DNA from: an uncultured delta proteobacterium
GTDB taxonomy: Bacteria; Myxococcota_A; UBA9160; UBA4427
Direction of reading: 5' to 3'
Assembly: GCA_963822965.1 (NCBI GenBank)
Contig: CAWGJT010000009.1
Coordinates: 96,001-160,000 of the forward strand
DNA length: 64,000 bases
How positions within the stretch are numbered: position 1 is the first letter of the stretch; every line of letters starts with the position of its first letter. This document shows positions 25,394-34,659 of the stretch, piece by piece. The notes under the pieces are model-generated. The model saw only the letters and a list, made by a program, of their open reading frames with translations. It searched no databases and was not told the DNA's origin. Made by a program: the position numbers and the translations under genes.

Positions 25394-26737
25394 TCAGGCC
25401 CCCACCAGGCGCAGGGACGGCCGCTCGTCCACGTCGAAGCCCCGGCGCCAGCCTCGTTCGGCGTGGGCCTTCTCGGCCTTGTCGTAGGCCGCCTGACGGC
25501 TCATCTCGAGGCCGTACTGGCCGAACACCTCTCGCAGCTGGTCGTAGTTCTGCTCGATGGTGTGTCGCACCGAGCTGAAGCCGTGCTCCACCGCGTCCGC
25601 CCGCTTCCAGAACGCCAGCGGATTGAGCGCGAAGAACTCGGCCTCCTGCTCCCGCGGCTCGAGCAGCACGATGTCGCCCTGGAAGCGATCGTCGGCCAGG
25701 TAGCGCTGCATGGCGAGCTTCAGCCGGGAGTGGAGCAGGGTCCGCATCACCTGATTGATCACGACCTTGAGGCCCCGATCCGACAGGTAGCGCCCATTGG
25801 CGAAGTAGGGCTGGGCCGCGTCGTCCGAGTTCTCGGTCTCGTTGTAGAACGGCCGGAAGGGGTTGTAACAGACGATCAGGTCGGCCCCCTTCTCGATCGC
25901 AACGTCGATGTTGGCGGTGTTGCGCACGCCGCCGTCCACGTAGTCGACCCCGTTGATCCGGGCCGGCTTGAAGAAGCCCGGCAGCGCGGTCGACGCCTGC
26001 ATGGCCTGGGAGATGGTCACCTCGGCGTTCTCGTCGGCCCCGAAGATCACCCGCTCGGCGGTGTCGAGGTTGCAGGCCGAGAGGAACAGCTGGCGCTGCC
26101 GGCGCCGGTTGAAGGCCCGGAAGTCGTTGGGCATCCCGATCTTCTCGAGACTCCGCCGCATCCAGCGCTCGAGGGACTTGTTGTCAAACAGCCCCGAAGG
26201 AACGTGGTTCGTGAGCGCCGGCACCTCGCGCTTGGGCGAGTTGTGCTCGATCACGCTCATCGCCAGGGCCTCGAACGTCGTGTAGTCCCGTTCCTTGAGG
26301 AACCGCCGGGCCTGATCGCCGACGGACTCGGATAGGGTGGGAAGGCCACGCAGGAAGTCGAACGCGACGCCGGGCAGATAGCTCGCCAGGTCGTAGGCGA
26401 ACTTCGCGGGGCGGCTCACGAACTCGCCGAAGTTCGGGTAGTAGAAGTCGATCGGGCGCAGCTGCTCGAAGCGCTCGCTGGTCCCCTCGAGAACGTGGAC
26501 CATCTCGTCGGGGTCGATGCCTGCGGCGAGCGGAACGGCGAGGACCGCGCCCGCGGAGAGCCCCACGTACATGTCGAAGTCGGCGACACCGCGATCGACG
26601 AAGAAGTCGTTGAGGGCCTTGAGCCCGCCCACCTTGAAGGCGCCCCCGGAGACCGCGCCTCCCGCCAGCACCAGCGCGGTGCGCGGGTTGCGCTTGCGCG
26701 GACGGCCCGTGCTCTTGCGGATCAGGGTGAGTCCCAA
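25394..26737 (-). CDS. Patatin-like phospholipase
   Basis: LAGGAVSGG, GLSAG nucleophile elbow, ASTALP, DGG. Confidence 0.88.
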   Translation of the reverse strand: MGLTLIRKSTGRPRKRNPRTALVLAGGAVSGGAFKVGGLKALNDFFVDRGVADFDMYVGLSAGAVLAVPLAAGIDPDEMVHVLEGTSERFEQLRPIDFYYPNFGEFVSRPAKFAYDLASYLPGVAFDFLRGLPTLSESVGDQARRFLKERDYTTFEALAMSVIEHNSPKREVPALTNHVPSGLFDNKSLERWMRRSLEKIGMPNDFRAFNRRRQRQLFLSACNLDTAERVIFGADENAEVTISQAMQASTALPGFFKPARINGVDYVDGGVRNTANIDVAIEKGADLIVCYNPFRPFYNETENSDDAAQPYFANGRYLSDRGLKVVINQVMRTLLHSRLKLAMQRYLADDRFQGDIVLLEPREQEAEFFALNPLAFWKRADAVEHGFSSVRHTIEQNYDQLREVFGQYGLEMSRQAAYDKAEKAHAERGWRRGFDVDERPSLRLVGA

Positions 26738-26930
26738 GGCGCTTCCTTCCTCGTTCGCGGTCTCATCGGTCTTGCCGCGTCTGTCTCCATCCCATTCGGC
26801 GCGGCAGAGCGTCCGGTTGAATGCGGGCTCACGTCGCCTTCGTCGGCAGCGCTGGATTCGCGCTGCACTGCGTCAGAGTACTTCCGGCGCCGCCGCAAGT
26901 CGAGCCGGAAGATCCGGCTCGAATGACCGC

Positions 26931-26991
26931 GATCTGCTTCGGTCTCCTTCGATCCTCTCTGATCTCCTTGGGATCTCCTGGGACCTCCTGG
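26931..26991. repeat. Six degenerate 10-bp tandem repeats (consensus GATCTCCTNN)
   Basis: gatctgcttc ggtctccttc gatcctctct gatctccttg (g) gatctcctgg gacctcctgg. Confidence 0.7.
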
Positions 26992-27159
26992 GGCTCCGGA
27001 GCGCCCAGACCAGGCTCCTCCCCCCGTGCGTATAGGCGCGGACAGGAGCTCCAGGCCGACTTCCATGGCGCAGCGCGTTGAATCCCTCGGTGTCCAAACC
27101 CGGAGCGAATCCGTAGACTCCCCCTCCGTTCGCGCCCGCAGCCACGGGAGCCCCACCCC

Positions 27160-28179
27160 ATGAACGTCCAGCCCGGAACGAGCCGCTCCGGCGCCCAGAT
27201 CGCGATCCTGTTCGCATTGGCGGCGGTCGCCTTGACCCTGTCCCTCGGCGTCCTTGCCCCCTCGGGGGCCCAGGCCGATCCAGCCGGCGATGCCCAGGCC
27301 GAGGCCCGGATGAAGGCCATGATCGACGAGCAGCTGCGCGTCCAGGCCGCTCTCAGCGAGCGCGCGGAGGACGCGGAGGGAGCGGCTCCGGCCGACCAGA
27401 CCCTGGGCGACGCCGACCCCCGGGTGGCCCCGGGCCCGCCCCAGGAGCGCGAGCTTCCGGCCGCCATCTTCGAACGCGAAGAGGTGTCGATCCCGCGCGG
27501 CACCTGGGGCAACAGCCGCACCCTGAAGCTGGTGAAGCTGACCCTCGACGCCGACGGCAACGGCAAGCCGGAGCTCACGCGCTACATCGATCGCGAGTCG
27601 AAGCTGCAGATCCGGCGGGAGGAGGATCGCAACTACGACGGCGTCACCGACGCGTGGAGCGACTACGAGTGGGGCGGCATCGTGGCGCGGGTCCTCGACA
27701 GCAACGACGACGGCAACCCCGATGCCTGGGAGCGCTACGAGGGCGGACGCATGACGTCTCGCGAGGTGGACCGCGACGACGACGGCGTGCGCGACGCCTT
27801 CTACCGCTACGAGGGCGACTCGCTGGTCGAGGAACGCCACGACCGCAACAACGACGGCAAGATCGATCGCATCATCCTCTACGAGAACCGGCTGCGGGTG
27901 AGCGCCGAGGAGGACCAGGACGTGGACGGCCGCATGGACACCTGGACCACCTACGTTCCCGTCGGCGGCCACGAGGTGATCCAGCGGATCGAGCGCGACG
28001 AACGTGGGGAGGGCACCGTCACCCAGGTCGAGGTCTTCGACACCTCGACCGGAGAGGCCGTGATCTCCCGCAAGGACGAGGACGTGAACGGAGACGGCGA
28101 GGTGGACGTGGTCTCGATCTACCAGGCAGGCCGTCTCGTGCGCCGCGAGATCTCCGACCCCTCGCTGGTCGAGCTCTAG
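27160..28179 (+). CDS. Secreted acidic protein with eight Dx[DN]xDG-like repeats
   Basis: Signal peptide ending AQA; DADGNG, DRNYDG, DSNDDG, DRDDDG, DRNNDG, DQDVDG, DERGEG, DVNGDG at about 23-aa spacing. Confidence 0.75.
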   Translation: MNVQPGTSRSGAQIAILFALAAVALTLSLGVLAPSGAQADPAGDAQAEARMKAMIDEQLRVQAALSERAEDAEGAAPADQTLGDADPRVAPGPPQERELPAAIFEREEVSIPRGTWGNSRTLKLVKLTLDADGNGKPELTRYIDRESKLQIRREEDRNYDGVTDAWSDYEWGGIVARVLDSNDDGNPDAWERYEGGRMTSREVDRDDDGVRDAFYRYEGDSLVEERHDRNNDGKIDRIILYENRLRVSAEEDQDVDGRMDTWTTYVPVGGHEVIQRIERDERGEGTVTQVEVFDTSTGEAVISRKDEDVNGDGEVDVVSIYQAGRLVRREISDPSLVEL

Positions 28180-28209
28180 GGGAGCTCGAGCACCCGTACC
28201 GGCACCTGG

Positions 28210-29709
28210 CTAGGGGCGGCTCGGTGCGGTCGTCCCCGACGAGGGATCGGGAGGCGCGCTCTCGTCCCCGCTCTCGCCGGCGGCGGGCTTGGTCTCCTCG
28301 TCCGCCTCGATCACGACCTTCTTCTGCTGGCGCTCGCGGAACGCCTGGATGCGCTTGCGCTCGATCAGCCGCAGCAGCTCCTGGTTGCGCTTCTTGATGC
28401 GTTCCAGCTCCAGGGCCAGCTCGCGCTCGGAGAGCCCCGACTTCTCGAACTGGAGATCGAGCTCGACGCTGCGCTCACCACCGTCCGAGGCCAGCGCCGT
28501 GACCTGCACGCGGTTGGCCCCTTCCTTGACGGGAACGAAGGCCGAGAACGATCCGTCGGGCGAGAGCTGCACGTCGTAGGAGATCTCGCTCGTGGTCAGG
28601 TTGGTGATCACCACGTCGTCGATGTTGGCGAACGACACGCCCTGCAGGAAGGAGACGATGTCGCCCGGATTCCGGACGGGCGTATAGGTCCCCGTCGTGA
28701 GCCGCGCCATCTCGGTCACGGCCACGGGCTTGGCGAGCGCGTGACGCCCGAGCGCGTAGGTGTTGATGGTGATGCCCGCCTTGCGCGCCAGGCGCGCAGC
28801 GTTGATCGCCACCTCCGTGTCCTCCGGGTCGTCGACCAGACCCTTGCCGAACGGGAAGGTCGGCACCCCGTCCGTCAGGAAGAGCACCACCTTCTTCGCC
28901 CCCTCGCGGCGCTCGCTCTTCGCGCCGGGCAGGCCCGCCAGCTCGACCACCGAGAGCTGTACGGCGGCCGCGTAGTCGGTGGCGCCGTGGGGCCCCGTCT
29001 GCATGACGTGGTCGAGGGTGCGGTAGACGGCGTCGAAGTCGTCCGTGAGCGGAATCTCCACCCAGGCGTCCTTCTGGTCGCGGCTCACCTGCATGCCCGT
29101 CTCGAGATCGACCTCCCCCGAGAAGGCCACGACGCCCAGGCGCGTTCGTCCCGCGCTGAGCACACGCACGAGATAGCGGGCGGCCTGGACCTCCGCGGCG
29201 AGGATCGTGTCCTCGGGATCCGAGCAGACCATCTCGTCCGGATAGGTGCCCGGCGCGACGAGCTCGTCATGCGGGTCGAACCCGACCTCACCGTCCTGGT
29301 CGACGTCGATGCCGCTCGGATAGCGGGTGGAGTGGGAGACGTCGAGCACCAGGAGCACGTCGAAGTCGACGGGCTCGCCGCTGCCCGAGCGCGCGGCCCC
29401 CCGCACGGGCGCCATGTGCACCCGGTTCTTGACCACCTCGCCGGGCTTGGGCGACGCGATCTCGATGTTGACGCCGGCGGGCGGCCGTTCCGTCACCGAG
29501 GAGGCCGCCGCCGCCGGAAGGGCGGGCACGACGAGCGCGGTGCCGACCACGACGAGCGCGGTACCGACCACGACGAGCAACGTGGCGGGCACGACGAGCA
29601 ACGTGGCGGGCAAGACGGGCGCAGCGGCGAGCACGACGGCTCGCAGCAGCCGGCGCGACCGCTCGCACGGTTCGATTCGCAAGAGGACCCCCAGAAAGCG
29701 AACGCGCAT
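28210..29709 (-). CDS. Exported VWA domain protein (start uncertain)
   Basis: MIDAS DVSHS, GATD, FLTDGVP; hydrophobic N-terminus; C-terminal coiled coil. A TATAAT overlaps the called ATG, so the real start may be slightly downstream. Confidence 0.82.
   Translation of the reverse strand: MRVRFLGVLLRIEPCERSRRLLRAVVLAAAPVLPATLLVVPATLLVVVGTALVVVGTALVVPALPAAAASSVTERPPAGVNIEIASPKPGEVVKNRVHMAPVRGAARSGSGEPVDFDVLLVLDVSHSTRYPSGIDVDQDGEVGFDPHDELVAPGTYPDEMVCSDPEDTILAAEVQAARYLVRVLSAGRTRLGVVAFSGEVDLETGMQVSRDQKDAWVEIPLTDDFDAVYRTLDHVMQTGPHGATDYAAAVQLSVVELAGLPGAKSERREGAKKVVLFLTDGVPTFPFGKGLVDDPEDTEVAINAARLARKAGITINTYALGRHALAKPVAVTEMARLTTGTYTPVRNPGDIVSFLQGVSFANIDDVVITNLTTSEISYDVQLSPDGSFSAFVPVKEGANRVQVTALASDGGERSVELDLQFEKSGLSERELALELERIKKRNQELLRLIERKRIQAFRERQQKKVVIEADEETKPAAGESGDESAPPDPSSGTTAPSRP
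29527..29610. repeat. 4 x 21-bp coding tandem repeat in the VWA signal region
   Basis: cacgacgagcgcggt(g/a)ccgac x2 followed by cacgacgagcaacgtggcggg x2. Confidence 0.9.
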
Positions 29710-29730
29710 TATATGACAGGATGCGCGCCG

Positions 29731-30786
29731 CTACGGTTCGGGGTCGGGCCCGCCCAGCGGCTCCTGCAGGGGCGCCTCGTGGAAGCGATCGATGCGCGTG
29801 AGACGCTGCGCGATGCGCGTCAGCGCCTCGAGGCTCACGTCGCCCACGACCTGCAGGCTGAGAGGCGAGCAGCGCAGCAGGCTGTCGGTCTCGCGACCCG
29901 CATAGCGGCCGGGAACCTCGTCGCCTCCGAAGCGGGGATCCGAGATCATCACCGTTCGGCGCAGGCCCTGCTCGATGAACTCCACGTGGCTTCCGTCCAC
30001 GGACTCGACCCGCGCGTTCGGCGCGAAGTACGCGCTGCGGCCGAGCACCGCGGCCGCCTCCCAGAAGAACTCCCGATAGATCGGGTGCGACCGCAGGTCG
30101 CGGGCGATGGCCAGGTCGACGTCGGCCACCTGCTGGAAGAAGACGGCGAGGCGGATGCGCTGGAAGGCGCCGTCCCGCGCCATGCGGGTGGCCAGCGCCC
30201 GGCTGCCCGGAAACTCCGCCCCCGGGCGGAGGGCGGGAAGCTCGTCCCCGTCCAGGAAGACCACCATCAACGTGTAGGGCTTTGGCCGATTCGAGAGCGC
30301 CCGGGCCAGCTCGAGCACCAGGGCTGGTCCCGAGGCGCTGGCGTTCGCGCCGACGAACTCGAGGTCCGGAATGGCCCGGGTGTCGTAGGCGGCCGCCAGC
30401 AGGAATCGGTCCTGGGAATCGCCCGGGATCACGCCCACCACGTGCACGGCCGTCCGGGGCTCGTCGTCCCCCGCCTCCGAATCCGCAGGCCCGGGCAGGG
30501 GAGAGCGGATCTCGGTCACCTCCGCCCCGATGGCGCGAAGCTGGGTCTCGAGATAGCGCCGGGCCCGGGCGGCGCCCCGGGTTCCGGTCTGGCGGGGGCC
30601 GATCTCGACCAGCGCTTGGAGATGCCTCCAGGCGTTCCCCGCGTAGAAGCGGGTCGGATCGACAGGGGCCGGCGCCGGAAAGGGCCGGTCGGCGGCAGTC
30701 CCGGGCGGCTCGGATTCGCACGCCAGCAGCACCAGGGCGAGTACCAGCAGGAGACCCGTCGTCGCGCTTCCCACGACCCGCCGCAT
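29731..30786 (-). CDS. M28/glutaminyl cyclase-fold lipoprotein with substituted metal ligands
   Basis: Lipobox LLAC; IGPRQTG, AAAYDT, FVGANASASG, FLDGDE follow the M28 motif order. Confidence 0.75.
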   Translation of the reverse strand: MRRVVGSATTGLLLVLALVLLACESEPPGTAADRPFPAPAPVDPTRFYAGNAWRHLQALVEIGPRQTGTRGAARARRYLETQLRAIGAEVTEIRSPLPGPADSEAGDDEPRTAVHVVGVIPGDSQDRFLLAAAYDTRAIPDLEFVGANASASGPALVLELARALSNRPKPYTLMVVFLDGDELPALRPGAEFPGSRALATRMARDGAFQRIRLAVFFQQVADVDLAIARDLRSHPIYREFFWEAAAVLGRSAYFAPNARVESVDGSHVEFIEQGLRRTVMISDPRFGGDEVPGRYAGRETDSLLRCSPLSLQVVGDVSLEALTRIAQRLTRIDRFHEAPLQEPLGGPDPEP

Positions 30787-31071
30787 TCGGGCTCCTCTGC
30801 GCCAGAGGCCCACCCCCTCGGGGGGCCTGCCACACGGCTGCGCAAGAATCTTCGCATGGTGCTGACACATCGCAGGGGTCACAGCCACTTCCAGGAGTGA
30901 GAGGCCCGCTCCTCGCGGGGCTTTTCGAAAGTAGACGGCAGGGCCCCGCCCCGGGGCCCTGTCATCTCTCCTCTCGCGAGACCGACCGGCCCCGAAGCGA
31001 TTCCACGCCACCCCACCCGGTCCCTCGAGCACGCCCCTTCCCCGCCCGGTCCCGCGCGGAGCCAGCTCCCC

Positions 31072-32580
31072 TTGTCACACATCACGAGCGCGGCGCTCTC
31101 GGGCGTCGACGGCCGGGCCGTCGAGATCGAGGTGCAGATCGGCTCCCAGCTTCCCCGGGTCGACGTCGTGGGGCTCCCCGAGGCGGCGGTGCGCGAGAGC
31201 GCGGCGCGGGTGCGCGCGGCCATCGTGTCCGTCGGGCACAAGTTTCCCCAGCGCCAGATCACGGTGAACCTGGCGCCCGCGGAGCTGCGCAAGAGCGGCG
31301 CGGCGCTCGACCTCCCCATCGCCATCGGCATCCTCGCTGCCGGCGCCGCCGTTCCGAACGACCGCTTGCGAGGTCTCGCCCTGATCGGGGAGCTCGCGCT
31401 CGACGGTCGCCTGCGAGGCGTGCGGGGCGCGTTGGCGCTGGTGATCGCCTGCCGCGACGCCGGCTGCCGGCGCGTGGTGGTGCCCGACGCGAACGGACGC
31501 GAGGCGGCGCTCGCCCCGGGAATCGAGGTGTTCGGAGCGGCCAGTCTGCGAGCAGTTCTCGGGCACATCACGGGCACCCAGAGGCTAGCGGCCGTCGAGG
31601 GCTCGCGAACATTCGGTGTCCCGATGGACGAAGGCGAGCCCTGCCTGCGCGACGTTCGCGGGCAGCAAGGCGGCAAGCGCGCGCTCGAGATCGCGGCCGC
31701 CGGCGGCCACGGCGTGCTGCTGTGCGGCCCGCCGGGCTCCGGAAAGACGATGCTCGCGCGCCGGCTGCCCTCGCTGCTGCCGCCGCTGGGCTTCGAGGAA
31801 GCGCTCGAGGCGACTCGGATCCACAGCGCGGCGGGTCGGCTGGACGAACGCCACCCCTTCGTCGGCCGGCGCCCCTTCCGAGCCCCGCACCACAGCGCGA
31901 GCCCCGCCGGGTTGCTGGGTGGCGGCAACCCGCCGCGCCCCGGCGAGGTCTCCCTCGCCCATCGCGGGGTGCTGTTCCTCGACGAGCTTCCGGAGTTCGA
32001 GCGCCGGGCGCTCGAGTCGCTGCGGCAGGTCCTCGAGGAGCGGGTGGTGCGGATCGCGCGAGCCCACCACAGCTGTCTGTTCCCCGCGCACTTCACCCTG
32101 GTGGCTGCCTGCAACCCCTGCCCTTGCGGCTGGTACCGCAGCAACCGGCGCGACTGCCGCTGCGACGAGACGGCCGTGGCCCGCTATCGCAGCCGGGTCT
32201 CCGGGCCGCTGCTGGACCGGATCGACCTGCACGTGGAGGTGCCGGCCGTCGAGTGGCGGGAGCTCGAGCGCCCGGCCGAAGGCGCCACCAGCCGCGAGCT
32301 GCGCGAACGGGTGCGGCAGGCCCGGAAGATCCAGCGGGGTCGGGGGGTTGCCACCAATGCGGAGATCCCCGACCGGAACCTCGACGCACTGGTGGACGCG
32401 ACCTCCGAGGCGCGCGCCCTGCTGGGCCGTGCGGTGGACTCGCTCCACCTGTCCGCCCGGGCGGCACGGCGGCTGCTGCGGGTGGCGCGCACCCTGGCGG
32501 ACCTCGAGGGAGAGGCCCGGGTGACGCCGGTCCAGGTCGCGGAGGCCCTGCGGTTCCGGCATGAGGTGCCCCTGACATGA
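31072..32580 (+). CDS. comM: YifB/ComM Mg-chelatase-like AAA ATPase
   Basis: VGLPEAAVRES, VNLAPA, GPPGSGKTMLA, PFRAPHH, GEVSLAHRGVLFLDELPEF, NPCPCG, SGPLLDRID. Confidence 0.9.
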   Translation: MSHITSAALSGVDGRAVEIEVQIGSQLPRVDVVGLPEAAVRESAARVRAAIVSVGHKFPQRQITVNLAPAELRKSGAALDLPIAIGILAAGAAVPNDRLRGLALIGELALDGRLRGVRGALALVIACRDAGCRRVVVPDANGREAALAPGIEVFGAASLRAVLGHITGTQRLAAVEGSRTFGVPMDEGEPCLRDVRGQQGGKRALEIAAAGGHGVLLCGPPGSGKTMLARRLPSLLPPLGFEEALEATRIHSAAGRLDERHPFVGRRPFRAPHHSASPAGLLGGGNPPRPGEVSLAHRGVLFLDELPEFERRALESLRQVLEERVVRIARAHHSCLFPAHFTLVAACNPCPCGWYRSNRRDCRCDETAVARYRSRVSGPLLDRIDLHVEVPAVEWRELERPAEGATSRELRERVRQARKIQRGRGVATNAEIPDRNLDALVDATSEARALLGRAVDSLHLSARAARRLLRVARTLADLEGEARVTPVQVAEALRFRHEVPLT

Positions 32581-32718
32581 CCCCCGCGACGCGCGTTTTC
32601 TGTCACCGGCGTGATCGAAACGCGTCACCCCGGCGGGTCCGCACGCTCACGTTCCCCGGGGCGACCGCCTCAGGACCGCCATCCGGCGAATCTGGCGCGC
32701 CCGTAACCGTCGCGCGGC

Positions 32719-32733
32719 TGGCACGGAATATGC
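32719..32733 (+). promoter_or_regulatory. Putative sigma54 (-24/-12) promoter
   Basis: TGGCACGGAATATGC with exact GG-N10-GC spacing, 70 nt upstream of the ORF at 32804. Confidence 0.55.
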
Positions 32734-32803
32734 CTCCAGGGACTCGAGGAAAGGGCCTGAGGAAGGGCGCGAACGAGCGCCGATCGAGCACCCGGAGGGC
32801 GAC

Positions 32804-33031
32804 ATGGCACTGCCTGGTCACGCGAGCCACCCGAAGCGCAGGAAGACGGCCGCGGTCCCGATTCAGGGCGGCATCGTCCACCTGACCCTCCTCGAGCTGG
32901 TGCGGACCGTCGGCGAGATCACGGACGACGAGGCGGAGATCGTCGCCACGGTGATCCAGATGCTGCGCTCCGGTCGGGTCAAGCTCGCCGGCAGCTTCCG
33001 CGACGAGCCGATCCGCGGATTCGTCGACTGA
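32804..33031 (+). CDS. Small hypothetical protein (75 aa)
   Basis: GGAGG SD, coding-like codon bias, TLLELV...EIVATV...LRSGRVKL. Confidence 0.65.
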   Translation: MALPGHASHPKRRKTAAVPIQGGIVHLTLLELVRTVGEITDDEAEIVATVIQMLRSGRVKLAGSFRDEPIRGFVD

Positions 33032-33223
33032 CCGGATTCCACTGAGAAGGTCCTGCGGCCGCGGCGGCCCGGAGACGGGCTGCACCCGCCCCGCCCCGAA
33101 TCCCCGACTGCCGGGCGACCGGTGAGCCCGTCCCATCCCGCGAAACGGGATCCTGCTGGCGATCCGGGCTATTGAATGGCCCCGCGGGCCCCGCGCGGGT
33201 CTGCCGGGCCCGCGGAGGAGCAA

Positions 33224-34099
33224 ATGAAGGGGATCATCCTGGCCGGTGGATCGGGGACCCGCCTCTACCCGATCACCCACGGCGTCAGCAAGCAGCTGCT
33301 GCCCATCTACGACAAGCCGATGATCTACTACCCGCTGTCGAGCCTGATGCTCGCGGGCATCCGCGACATCCTGGTGATCTCGACACCCGAGGACCAGGCC
33401 GCCTTCCAGCGCGTGCTGGGCGACGGGGCCCAGCTCGGGATCGAGCTGCACTATGCGGTCCAGCCCTCGCCGGACGGCATTGCGCAGGCCTTCCTGATCG
33501 CTGAGGAGTTCATCGCCGGCCAGCCGGTGGCCCTCGCCCTCGGCGACAACATCTTCTACGGCCACGGCTTCGGTGACTCGCTGGATCGCGCCACGGCGCG
33601 CGCGCGAGGGGCCACGGTCTTCGGCTACTACGTGAGCGATCCCGAGCGATACGGCGTGGTGGACTTCGACGAGCAGGGGCGCGCCGTCGGCATCGAAGAG
33701 AAGCCGGCGAAGCCGAAGACGCACTACGCGGTGACGGGCCTCTACTTCTACGACGAGCAGGTGGTCGAGATCGCCCGGGGCCTCGAGCCGTCGCCCCGGG
33801 GCGAGCTCGAGATCACGGATCTGAACGTCGAGTACCTGCGCCGCGGCGAGCTGCACGTCGAGCTGCTCGGGCGCGGCGTCGCCTGGCTCGACACGGGCAC
33901 CCACGAGTCGCTGCTCCAGGCCTCCACCTTCATCCAGGCGATCCAGGAGCGGCAGGGGCTGAAGGTCGCCTGCCTGGAGGAGATCGCGTACCGGAAGGGC
34001 TACATCGGTCGCGACCGCCTGCGGGAGCTCGGCGAGCAGATGAGCAAGAACCGCTACGGCCAGTACCTGCTGCGCCTGGCCTCGGAGTCGCGCGCTTGA
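33224..34099 (+). CDS. rfbA: Glucose-1-phosphate thymidylyltransferase
   Basis: [54 protein letters not shown]. Confidence 0.96.
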   Translation: MKGIILAGGSGTRLYPITHGVSKQLLPIYDKPMIYYPLSSLMLAGIRDILVISTPEDQAAFQRVLGDGAQLGIELHYAVQPSPDGIAQAFLIAEEFIAGQPVALALGDNIFYGHGFGDSLDRATARARGATVFGYYVSDPERYGVVDFDEQGRAVGIEEKPAKPKTHYAVTGLYFYDEQVVEIARGLEPSPRGELEITDLNVEYLRRGELHVELLGRGVAWLDTGTHESLLQASTFIQAIQERQGLKVACLEEIAYRKGYIGRDRLRELGEQMSKNRYGQYLLRLASESRA

Positions 34100-34659
34100 A
34101 GTTCGTCGAGACCGAGCTGCCCGGAGTGATCGTCGTCGAGCCGGACGTCCACGGGGACGAGCGCGGCTTCTTCCTCGAGACCTACCACCAGAAGAAGTAC
34201 GCCGAGGGCGGCATCCGCGCGACCTTCGTGCAGGACAACCACTCGCGCTCGAAGCACGGCATCCTGCGCGGGCTGCACCTGCAGGTGCGGTATCCCCAGG
34301 GCAAGCTCGTTCGCGTGGTGGAGGGAGAGGTCTTCGACGTGGCCGTCGACGTGCGCCGCGGCTCGCCGCACTTCGGCCGCCACGTATCGATGGTCCTCTC
34401 CGCCAGGCGCTTCACGCAGCTCTACGTACCGCCGGGCTTCGCGCACGGCTTCGTGGTGACGAGCGAAGCCGCGCAGTTCGAGTACAAGTGCACGGAGCTC
34501 TACCACCCGGAGGACGAGCTCTCGATCGCCTGGAACGACCCGGACCTCGCGATCCCCTGGCCCGTCGAATCGCCCGCCCTGTCGGCGAAGGATGCCGCCG
34601 CGCGCACGTTGCAGGAGCTGATGGAGGTGCTTCCGGTCTACTCCCCGGCCGGAGCATGA
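34096..34659 (+). CDS. rfbC: dTDP-4-dehydrorhamnose 3,5-epimerase
   Basis: [35 protein letters not shown]. Confidence 0.95.
   Translation: MKFVETELPGVIVVEPDVHGDERGFFLETYHQKKYAEGGIRATFVQDNHSRSKHGILRGLHLQVRYPQGKLVRVVEGEVFDVAVDVRRGSPHFGRHVSMVLSARRFTQLYVPPGFAHGFVVTSEAAQFEYKCTELYHPEDELSIAWNDPDLAIPWPVESPALSAKDAAARTLQELMEVLPVYSPAGA

Noticed and set aside
26931..29610. Short repeat arrays as possible CRISPR
   Set aside because: The units are directly adjacent without unique spacers, and no cas genes are present in the window.
33224..34659. rmlA-rmlC without rmlB/rmlD
   Set aside because: Split rml loci are common; the other genes are probably elsewhere in the genome.
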